Shown: positions 14,035-22,933 of the stretch, one piece after another
Position numbering within the stretch: the stretch's first letter is position 1
Layout of the letters: every line of letters starts with the position of its first letter
Assembly (NCBI GenBank): GCA_001643675.2
Contig: LSRY02000018.1
Span: 62,001-126,000 of the forward strand
Length of the DNA: 64,000 nt
Direction of reading: 5' to 3'
Source of the DNA: Monocercomonoides exilis PA203
Taxonomy: Eukaryota; Protista; Preaxostyla
Made by a program: the position numbers and the translations under genes
Notes under the pieces: model-generated
The model's database searches: none
What the model saw: the letters and a program-made list of their open reading frames with translations, nothing else
What the model was told of the DNA's origin: nothing

Positions 14035-14514
14035 GGCAAGATGCTACTTTAAGGGGGCCCGATTTTTTCGTTAAATCCATGAATTAATAGCTAAAAAATG
14101 CAATGTGGAGATATTATAAATACATTAGGTTAATAATAACCAATTGATCAAAACTGAAAATGATTGAATGTTTTTTTATTCACATAATAACTTTCATGAG
14201 GCTTTTTTCTATTCTTCTTTCAATGCTTGAATTGAGCTTTTTGCAACCCTGACATCAACAAATAGCACTAATATTCAAATTTATAAACCTAAAAATGTCT
14301 TTTTATTGTTATTAAATGAATTTATCAAAAAAAATATAAAAAATTTTAATTAGAGGACAGTTGTTTTTGAGAACGAAAACTTGAAAAAAGAAAAATGATA
14401 AATAAAACATATAGCCAACACCAAAGAGTGTTGATGAATATTCACTCAAAAACATTTAGCCTTTTCATGAAGCTAATTTAAATTTTTTAGGTACCCTTAA
14501 AGTAGCCCTTTGCC
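14035..14514. mobile_element. MITE (480 bp) with GGC...GCC terminal inverted repeats and 8-bp TSD, possibly Merlin-type
   Basis: Left end GGCAAGATGCTACTTTAAGGGGGCC versus reverse complement of right end GGCAAAGGGCTACTTTAAGGGTACC (20/25). Both sides are flanked by TTTTTTAT (14027-14034, 14515-14522). No coding capacity. Confidence 0.75.
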
Positions 14515-14555
14515 TTTTTTATTAGTAAAAAAAAAAAAAAAAAAATGAAAATATA

Positions 14556-16754
14556 CCATTGGTGCTTAACCCGCACCCTGGTGCCAAACCCGCCCCCAGC
14601 AAATTTCTTGAAAATCGAGAAGTTTATTTTTGCTTATCACAGTTGTTCATTGATGATGAATTTGCAAGAAACCAGTTTAAAAAAATATTATATTATATTT
14701 TTTTTATAAAAAGACTTTCAAAAAATCGGATTTATAATATTTTTATTGGAAAAGAACTTTATCGATATTTACTGAAAAAGAAAAAAAGAAGAGTTAAAAA
14801 GATATAAACATGCTTGTTTGTTAATGTGTTTACAAATATCTTTATTACTTTTTTTGATTTGTAGTATTCAGCAACAAATTTCCATTTTTATTGAATTGAT
14901 CAAGCCCATTAAGATATGAAAAACGAATCGAAAGTACAGCAGCTGCTTTGAAATAGGTTTGTGAAAGTTATATCAAATGTTTTTCGATGAAAATCAACTT
15001 TTTTTATTAAATAAACTTCACACTTTATGATATTTCTTGTCTATTCATGAATATGAGTCATTCATATAAAGTTGTTCTATAGTTCGTTGATTTTTCATGT
15101 TTGAAAAATGATATAACATTTCTATTATTAATTTGATGTTTCTTATAAAATTTCAACATCAACCATGTAAACATGTTATTCTTTTGAATGATTTGTTTGT
15201 AATTATATTTCTGTTGATAGTTAATGATTAATTCATTGTTTCAAGATTGTTATTTAAACTCTGAAAATTAATGTAGTTGGATATGAACATGTTTCATTTT
15301 CAAGTGACAAAATTTAAAGAGCACCAAATTATTAACCTTTTATTTTTATTAATGTTATTTCTTTTATACTGTAATTTACAAAGAAATTTATCTAAAATAG
15401 TAATTGTAATATTGTACGTTTAATCTTTGATTTTGTTTTATGTTTAATACAAAAATATATTTTTCGCATCAAGTGGTATTCAGACAAGTTTCAACAATGT
15501 CAAAAATGATAGAACTATTTTGTAATTAGGATTCAACAGAAAAGTTAATAACAAAATATTCATTTAATATAACATTCATCGATATTGCATAAAAAAATGT
15601 TAAAATTACCCAAATTAATATGTTGAATTGTTCCAAAAGAAAATCTTAAAACAATTAAATTAAAAATATTTTTATCTTTGGCATATTACGTTTTTCACAA
15701 ATTATTATTTAAGAAAGATAAATATAAAGTTGTTTCATGAATTTTTAATGTTAATATTGGACGATCTTTGCTAAAAAATAGCGAAATTTAACAAAAAAAG
15801 AAATTGAAAAGAGCTCTAAAAAGCAAGTGAAATGTGAAGAAAACTATATTAACTGACAAATGAAAACATGTTTAATAAAGAATATAACAATTTGCAAATT
15901 AAAAATCTTCATTTGGAACAACTCAGTTGCATTCATTTGAATTCACAATAATGCCAAATGAAATTTCAAATGTGGAAAATACACGTAATATAAAATTATT
16001 CACTTGATAAATGCTTTCAATAAGCCAATGATAATATGAAATTTTGATGAAAATAGTGAAAGCTGCATTATGATTCCTGATCAGTTAAAAACAGCAGCTT
16101 AAAATTTGATTTTAAAAACATAAAAACAATAAAGTGAATTAAAATAAAAGAAATTTGAATATTATGAAAATAATTACCTTTATTATAAAAAGTGATAAAA
16201 TAAATAAAAATCATTTTTATCATCAACCAAATCAAAATGAAACATATATCAATCAAAGATATCGAATACATCGAAAACAACATTTAATTTTTCAGATTCC
16301 ATATTATGAAAGTTGATTTTCATCGAAAAACATTTGATATAACTTTCACAAACCTATTTCAAAGCAGCTGCTGTACTTTCGATTCGTTTTTCATATCTTA
16401 ATGGGCTTGATCAATTCAATAAAAATGGAAATTTGTTGCTGAATACTACAAATCAAAAAAAGTAATAAAGATATTTGTAAACACATTAACAAACAAGCAT
16501 GTTTATATCTTTTTAACTCTTCTTTTTTTCTTTTTCAGTAAATATCGATAAAGTTCTTTTCCAATAAAAATATTATAAATATGATTTTTTGAAAGTCTTT
16601 TTATAAAAAAAATATAATATAATATTTTTTTAAACTGGTTTCTTGCAAATTCATCATCAATGAACAACTGTGATAAGCAAAAATAAACTTCTCGATTTTC
16701 AAGAAATTTGCTGGGGGCGGGTTTGGCACCAGGGTGCGGGTTAAGCACCAATGG
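14556..16754. mobile_element. Non-autonomous foldback-like DNA transposon with 446-bp TIRs, TA-flanked (Tc1/mariner/pogo-like target)
   Basis: 14556-15001 is the near-perfect reverse complement of 16309-16754. TA at 14554-55 and 16755-56. The interior is AT-rich with no ORF. Confidence 0.85.
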
Positions 16755-17280
16755 TAATTGAAAACGAAAATTCACATAAAATGACAAAAAATCTATTCCC
16801 CCATATTTGTTTATTCTTGAAACCATTCGTTTTCAGAATATGCAAAAGACAAAATAAAAATGTACCATTTAATAAATTATATGAAAAACTTCAAATGAAT
16901 GATCGGATAATTGCAAAAAGGTTGCAAAAAGTTCACAAAAGAAAAAAAAAATAAAGGAATTTGAAGAAATTAAAAGAATAGAAGGACAATATTGATTGAC
17001 ATCAGTTAATGACAAAAAAGAAAAGGAATCAGAATGAAGAGCTGAAGATAGAGAATGAAAAAAACAACGAGAGATTAAATATCATCAAAGAAGTCAGCTG
17101 TTGAATGCTTTCAACAAATTTCTGATAATATCGATGAAAAACCAAACAACAACAAATTCATTGTTTATATTGAGTTGATTGAACCATTTTTTAAGTTTTT
17201 AAGGTTCAATTCATCCTTTAACTTATGAACATAGATTATTTGTTGATTGTCATATTTTTATTTGAAAAAGAAAATATGAA

Positions 17281-17329
17281 ATTCACTTTCTTCTCTTCGA
17301 TCTGAGAGTATCACTAAAGGGTCAGTCAC
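17281..17329. repeat. DIRS 3' inverted terminal repeat core
   Basis: ATTCACTTTCTTCTCTTCGATCTGAGAGTATCACTAAAGGGTCAGTCAC is the reverse complement of 21742-21790 with 1 mismatch. Confidence 0.92.
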
Positions 17330-17499
17330 CCAAGCGAATCTGGTTAAAAAAAGTGAAGTGAGGAAAATGCGTGTGAGAATACAAATTGCGCTTGAAGAGA
17401 AAAAGATGAAATGGGTTTCAAAACGGGTTTTGGGTTGGTATTGCATCTGGAACTTGTTTTAAGCTTTCTTCACAGGGTGGGAGTGAAAACGCGGTGGGT

Positions 17500-17602
17500 G
17501 AAGAGAAGAAAGTGAATTTCATATTTTCTTTTTCAATCAAAACGCAAGCATTTTGATTTACAAGAAAACATTCATTCACTTTCTTCTCTTCGATCTGAGA
17601 GT
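17500..17602. repeat. DIRS internal complementary region (circle-junction copy)
   Basis: 17500-17536 is the reverse complement of 17262-17298, and 17535-17602 is the reverse complement of 21762-21829. The two halves are fused at TTTTTC-AA-TCAAAAC. Confidence 0.92.
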
Positions 17603-17618
17603 TTGTAGTAATTGGGCG

Positions 17619-19850
17619 TTATGGATTACTTTCTGAATTTTCTCTTTCCATCATTTCTTTTCGTCTTTGTGATCTTGTTCGAATAATAAACTGGATACAT
17701 TTTTCTTCGATGATTTCGTTTTTGTCTTTCTCGTTTTCATTGTTCGTGGTATTTAATTGCTTTTCGTGGATGGATTGAGACTCATTATCATCTGGTTCTT
17801 CAATGCGGTCTGGTTGTGAGATCTCTTCTCCTTCTTTCTCTGTTTCATTGCCTTCTGGAAAACGTGATTGTTGATTGATGGGAATAATGGAATCTTTTTC
17901 GTCTGGTGAAGATGTGGATGGAGTAACCGTGGAGGGCTGTTGAATTACTTTTTTTGTCTCCTGATTCGATGAAATTATCTGTGCCATCTTGTTTGATATG
18001 TTGGATTTGAAATAATGTTTAATCACCGTGTTACTTCTGGGGGATAATCTTGCAAATTTTGCCACCTGTTCGACTGGAGTTCCCGCCATTGTTAAGGCAG
18101 ATATCGAGGCGTGTTTCAATGTGTATGGGCTGTAGTTCGAAGGGATTCTTGCGTCTTTCATCATTTCGCTGGCTGCTTTTCGAATTGATCGGGCATTCAT
18201 TGGATCATATGTTGAAGAGCTCAGAAATAGTTTATTGGAAGCTGGATTGTGAATTTTCACTCGATCCCATAAATCTTTAACGGCTGTTGCTGGACATATC
18301 AAACTTTCCTTGTCGAGGAATGGGATGACAATGTTGCTTCTTTCAAGTCCAGTTTTTAGTGACGTATTCAGGTTTATTGATTGCTTATCTATTTCTGATT
18401 CTTTGAGATTGATTCTTTCCAGCTCTGTAAAGCGACACGCAGAGAAAATCATACACAAACAAATTGTTTTCAGCGTAAGCTGTGAAAATGACAAATTTTT
18501 GTTCTTTCCAATCGTTTCTATATATGTGAATAGTTGTTGAGGGTTCCACATATCATCTTGTCTCTTTTTCTTTCTGCATTCCGATCTCCTGAATGATCGA
18601 AACAGGATTGAAATCAATGTGTTCTCCCCAAGTGATCTTCCGTATAACACTGAAGTTAGGAAGGAAATGGCAGATCTGACAATTCTCAATGAAGAAGCTT
18701 TCATTCCGTTGTTTTTCAAGGCGACAAACACATCCAAGCATCTTTTTTGCCAAATCTGAAATTTTGAAGGGATGTCTTTGAATTTCAACTGATCCCATCC
18801 GTCTTTGAAATGTGCGAAACCATAAGTGTATCCCATCCATGTTGCACTAGCTACGCTGTTTTTGCACTCTTCGATCAGTTCACGTGACATGCTTCTTGAT
18901 GTCAAAATCTCCTTCCACCATGATTCTCCCTTTTCGGTTATGGATTGATTAGGCATATTCTCAGTCTCCCTGGAGGAAGCGTTGCATTCATTAGCTTCAT
19001 CCATCTTTCTTCCCTGATTATCTCCTCCGTTCTCCTCCCTGTCCAAGAGATGTGATTTGTGTTGTTCAGCAGCGGTTCCCATATCTGACCCTTCCAATCG
19101 GGAAGAAGAAGAAGAACTCGAGCTTTCTCCATTGCTGCTTTTCGGATCACTGCTGGAATCAAAGGAACCGGTGGATGCGCAAGAACTGTCTCGTTTCTCC
19201 ATGAAATTTGTAACCTGTCTTGACATAAATTGCTTCCTGGTCCGCACCATCTCGTTGATTTTGTGTTTTCTTTTGTCGCAAAGGCATCGAGTGTGATATG
19301 TATCTGAAGCTGATTGGTGATCTCTTCGAGTGCTTCTTGTTCGACTTCGTAATCTCCTCCTTTTGCCAATCTTGATAGTCCATCTGCTCTGACGTTTCTC
19401 TCTCCGGGAATATGTTGAGCTTTCACAACCACTTTCAGCGCTTGGGTTTGATTCCATATTTTCTTCAGAAGGGTTCTGAGATTCGGACCCGCTCCCCATC
19501 GATTCAGATTGTAAACAGCTGTAGTGTTGTCTGAACGAATAAGCAGATTTCTTATTTGTTGATTTCGAATGGAATTTGAGAAATGGGCGATGGCTTGATT
19601 TATAGCGAATAGCTCTCTGTAATTTGAACTTTGGTTTTTGACTGGAGGTGGAAGAGGTTTGTGAAAGTCCATCATCTGATTGTTGACTTTTAGTGTTGCG
19701 CCTATGGCAAACCCTGATGCATCTGTCGTCAGAATTGCTTCTGGTCGAAACACTGGATTCAATCTCCTTGGTTGGTTCTCTTTCAGCCTTTCTCTCCACT
19801 TCCTGAGGCAATTTGTTAACGATGCATTCACGCGCATTTTTCCTTTCCAT
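17619..19850 (-). CDS. DIRS ORF3: tyrosine recombinase with a long N-terminal region overprinted on pol
   Basis: Core-binding helices (SVASATWMGYTYGF). Catalytic-domain motifs FSACRFTEL, LKT, ICPATAV, YTLKHASISA, ARLS..S.TVIKHY. Confidence 0.85.
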   Translation of the reverse strand: MERKNARECIVNKLPQEVERKAEREPTKEIESSVSTRSNSDDRCIRVCHRRNTKSQQSDDGLSQTSSTSSQKPKFKLQRAIRYKSSHRPFLKFHSKSTNKKSAYSFRQHYSCLQSESMGSGSESQNPSEENMESNPSAESGCESSTYSRREKRQSRWTIKIGKRRRLRSRTRSTRRDHQSASDTYHTRCLCDKRKHKINEMVRTRKQFMSRQVTNFMEKRDSSCASTGSFDSSSDPKSSNGESSSSSSSSRLEGSDMGTAAEQHKSHLLDREENGGDNQGRKMDEANECNASSRETENMPNQSITEKGESWWKEILTSRSMSRELIEECKNSVASATWMGYTYGFAHFKDGWDQLKFKDIPSKFQIWQKRCLDVFVALKNNGMKASSLRIVRSAISFLTSVLYGRSLGENTLISILFRSFRRSECRKKKRQDDMWNPQQLFTYIETIGKNKNLSFSQLTLKTICLCMIFSACRFTELERINLKESEIDKQSINLNTSLKTGLERSNIVIPFLDKESLICPATAVKDLWDRVKIHNPASNKLFLSSSTYDPMNARSIRKAASEMMKDARIPSNYSPYTLKHASISALTMAGTPVEQVAKFARLSPRSNTVIKHYFKSNISNKMAQIISSNQETKKVIQQPSTVTPSTSSPDEKDSIIPINQQSRFPEGNETEKEGEEISQPDRIEEPDDNESQSIHEKQLNTTNNENEKDKNEIIEEKCIQFIIRTRSQRRKEMMERENSESNP

Positions 19851-20833
19851 TTATTCAGACTCAAAGCTTTGTTTAGGAGTTTGTACAGTTGCGACAAATT
19901 CAGGGAAGCTTCTTGATACACGAATCTGGTTGCGTTCAGCTTCCCTATCAACGAGGCAAACTTCTTTATCGAAACAACTCTGTTGTTCTGGGCAATCCTT
20001 CTCCATTTCTTGCACTCTTTCATCAGCTCGGTTTTCTTCAATTCCTCTATCTGTACCACAAACTGATTGGTATCCCATTGGAAGCCCAAAAATTTGAACT
20101 GCTGACTTGGAATTAAATGACATTTTTCTGAATTGACCAATAGTCCCAATTTGTTGAACATCGAAAGAGTTTTCTCCACAATAATATTGAGTTCCTGCGG
20201 GTCTTGATGTAGAAGAACAATATCGTCCAGGTATGCAATGGCTCTCACGTTCCATTCCTCCCTCATGTATTTCAGGACTTTCCTCATCACTTTTGTGAAC
20301 GTTCGAGGTGCATCTTTGAATCCGAAAGGCATTCCGTGGAAAGCGTAGTATTTTCCTTTGAAAACGAACGAAAGGAATGGAGATAATTCTTCGCTGACTT
20401 TTATAAGATAATAAGCTTGGCTCAAGTCCAAAGTGACTGCGTAATCCTTTTCTTGAATAATTTTCTCCACTGTTCTGTGGTCTTCTTGCTTGTAATAAAT
20501 CGTCTTGATTGCATTGTTGAGTCTTCGGCAATCCACGATCTGCCTCCAGCCACCGTCTTTCTTTCTGATTACGAACACTGGATTTAAATGCTTCACATCC
20601 TTCTCTTGAATCTGCTTGATGATATTTGTTTCCAGTTGCTTCTTGATCATCTCTGAAAAAGCTTGTTGGGCTTCTTGACTCTGGTGCTCCAAAGGGTTGA
20701 AAACTCCTGTTTTCTTGAGTGATTCCTTCGCGGCATTGCTCCTCCAAACAGGGATCACTCCTTTCCCTATAATTCGTGCTCCTCCAATTTTTTCCCATTA
20801 TTCTCGAAATAAGCAAGTTCTTCCTCCAACCAT
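18938..20833 (-). CDS. DIRS pol: reverse transcriptase + RNase H + Dam-like methyltransferase domain; in-frame TAA at 20798-20800
   Basis: RT: PVFVIRKKDGGWRQIVDCRRLN, LDLSQAY, MPFG, YLDD, FLGF. RNase H: TDAS, NYREL, SDNTTAV, HIPGERNVRADGLSR. MT: DAFATKENTK, HPPV, PDW..QIW. The N-terminus MVGGR..F..*W..I starts at ATG 20833, upstream of the called ORF. Confidence 0.9.
19851..20816 (-). CDS. Overprinted ORF in the YR frame, likely the 5' part of DIRS ORF3
   Basis: 321 open codons overlap RT in another frame. A single TAA separates it from the YR ORF (GAA TAA ATG). Confidence 0.5.
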   Translation of the reverse strand: MLISRIMGKNWRSTNYRERSDPCLEEQCREGITQENRSFQPFGAPESRSPTSFFRDDQEATGNKYHQADSREGCEAFKSSVRNQKERRWLEADRGLPKTQQCNQDDLLQARRPQNSGENYSRKGLRSHFGLEPSLLSYKSQRRIISIPFVRFQRKILRFPRNAFRIQRCTSNVHKSDEESPEIHEGGMERESHCIPGRYCSSTSRPAGTQYYCGENSFDVQQIGTIGQFRKMSFNSKSAVQIFGLPMGYQSVCGTDRGIEENRADERVQEMEKDCPEQQSCFDKEVCLVDREAERNQIRVSRSFPEFVATVQTPKQSFESE

Positions 20834-20880
20834 TGCCTCTTGTCGGACTTCTGCGGGCTGTAGACTGCTGTTCTTTTCTT

Positions 20881-21723
20881 CTATTGGAATTTTCGCTCCC
20901 CTGATTGTCTTCTTGAAGCGAACCCTGAAGCTCTTGGTCGCTGCCGGATTTGGTTTTGTTGTCTTGACAACCGGGGAGCTGCTTGAAAAAATCTGTGGCT
21001 AGCTGATCTTCTGGTTGGAATTGTTCTGGCTCTTATCGAACTTCTTCTAATTGGCCAACTCGTTGTTTGCGGCTTGGGTTGTTGACTCTTTTGTGTTTTT
21101 CTCCATTCTTCAAGAACTTCTGATTGCCTTTGAGTAAGAAGACTGGTAGCTGAGCTCTCCTTCATCTGTGCAGCTGCCCTAAAGCCGAATCTTCCTTGAA
21201 TTCTTACAGATCTTGCTTCCTTCAGCGCTTTTGAAACTAAAAAAAATGCATCTGCAATTGATCCTTTTTCTTCATCTTTTCCTTTTAATTTCGCATGTGT
21301 GTAAAGCAGAGTTTTAATGGCTGGATATAGAAAAGCTTCAGTTCGCTCGCCTGCCTTATCCAATGCGTCGTTCATCCAATTATCTGTTCTCGAAGCAGCA
21401 GGAGGGGCCTTTGGCAGAAATGGACTTAAATCATCTTCCTTCAGGTCAATAATAAGATCTTCCAAATATCTTTCTGGTAAATCCATATCGTATAAGCTGC
21501 AATCCGGATCTCTAAGAAATATTGTTTTGAAACTATTTTCTAGCAGCAAACTATCCTCGCTATGGCTTTCTTTTGCTTCTGAAGCTCCCGGGATCTGTTG
21601 AGAAAATTCAGAACTGGAATGAGAAATCATACTCGAAAACATCTCTCCCGGAGGTCCATCTGACATCATTGATGTGGCAGAATTCGACTCGGGTCCAGTG
21701 CTGAGTGGAGAGCTAGGGAGCAT
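20881..21723 (-). CDS. DIRS gag-like ORF1
   Basis: First ORF of the element, starting 19 nt inside the 5' ITR. Helical core and basic Arg/Gln-rich C-terminus. Assigned by position. Confidence 0.75.
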   Translation of the reverse strand: MLPSSPLSTGPESNSATSMMSDGPPGEMFSSMISHSSSEFSQQIPGASEAKESHSEDSLLLENSFKTIFLRDPDCSLYDMDLPERYLEDLIIDLKEDDLSPFLPKAPPAASRTDNWMNDALDKAGERTEAFLYPAIKTLLYTHAKLKGKDEEKGSIADAFFLVSKALKEARSVRIQGRFGFRAAAQMKESSATSLLTQRQSEVLEEWRKTQKSQQPKPQTTSWPIRRSSIRARTIPTRRSASHRFFQAAPRLSRQQNQIRQRPRASGFASRRQSGERKFQ

Positions 21724-21741
21724 TCTTTTTTCAGATTCGCA

Positions 21742-21790
21742 GTGACTGACCCTTAAGTGATACTCTCAGATCGAAGAGAAGAAAGTGAAT
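21742..21790. repeat. DIRS 5' inverted terminal repeat core
   Basis: Reverse complement of 17281-17329. Confidence 0.92.
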
Positions 21791-22933
21791 GAATGTTTTC
21801 TTGTAAATCAAAATGCTTGCGTTTTGATTAAATATTAAATTGAATGTTTTTTGTATAAAATATATATATTTGTTTGTTCACCATTCCCTATCATTTTTCA
21901 TTCATTTAGTTATATATCAGAGGAAAAGTGGTTCCTTTTCTGTTCTGCAAGTGATAACCTTCTTTTTTTTGATGCTTCTATCCTTAGTGAGAGAAAGATT
22001 ACTTCCAAATTCTTCTTCAATGATAGCTGGCACTTCTATTACTGTTCACAGCAAAATCTTGTCTCCTTTGAACATTTTTTTCTTTTTCTTCTTCTTTTTC
22101 GAAATCCCTAAAATCTTCAATTTTCTCCTTTTCCGATACAATTTTTCCCTCTTTTCATAATTTATCTCTGGCTCTGCTTTTTTTGACTTAATCATCAACA
22201 ACAGCGGTTTACTCACCCCTTGCAAACAAGAGCTGCAACAACGAAATAAAAAATCGTGGCCCAAACCTCTTTATGTGCTGCTGCTTCTAAAGCCACTTCC
22301 AACGCACAATCAGTGGCTTTCTCCAGTCAATCGTGTTCAGCTGCGCCTTTTCAGCCTCTGCGTCCTTCTGGATCGATAGATCTTTTTCTGTTCATGCTGC
22401 ATCCAGAGAACACACTGAATAGTGCTTGCTCGCAAATTGAAAGAACAGACACAGCATGTCCAGACCTTTTTACACGATAAACTAAAGTGGAATGAAGAGG
22501 GGTTTTTGCATGAAGATGAGGGAATTAAGCATTTTTGAGGGAAAAAAACTAGTATTGTTGTGTTGGAGAGGAACTCGGCTAGCGATGAGGAGACTCAAAC
22601 AGAAAGGAAGACAAAACAAACGGGGATAACATAAACAACAGAGTGGAGGAAGGAGAAAGAAGAGGAGTCATCCGGATCTCCTCAAATTCAACAGTGCGCA
22701 AGCCATTTTGAAATAGAAATATTGCAAGGAAAACAGCGCCACATGCTGCAGAGAAGGGAATAAAGAGTAAAGTGCAGCAGCCATCTGCGGAGAGGCGGCG
22801 GAGCTGGTGCGAGGCAACCAGAGGAGTTTGGCGACAGAAGCGCAGAGTGAGGCAGAACATGTTTTGGCGTATCGATGGCAGGCGGGAGTGGAGAAAGAAC
22901 AGGTGGAGATAGCTGGAAGGGGGTCGCGAATAG

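Larger units (their letters stand above)
17262..21829 (-). mobile_element. Full-length DIRS1-type tyrosine-recombinase retrotransposon (about 4.57 kb)
   Basis: Carries gag, RT/RNaseH/MT and YR ORFs. 49-bp ITR core at 17281-17329 and 21742-21790. ICR at 17500-17602 is complementary to both termini. No TSD. Confidence 0.93.

Noticed and set aside
13811-14080. ORF with (FYFIL)n repeat
   Set aside because: It is the translation of the (AAAAT)n microsatellite.
14559-16826. Two near-identical short ORFs (14559-14807 + and 16503-16826 -)
   Set aside because: They are by-products of the 446-bp inverted repeat and show no protein-like features.
16757-17250. Lys/Glu-rich coding-like remnant between the long-TIR element and DIRS
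   Set aside because: Interrupted in all frames with no identifiable domain.
17262-17602. Repeated 29-49 bp units suggesting a CRISPR-like array or ribozyme
   Set aside because: The DIRS ITR/ICR architecture explains them fully. There is no regular repeat-spacer period and no hammerhead core was seen.
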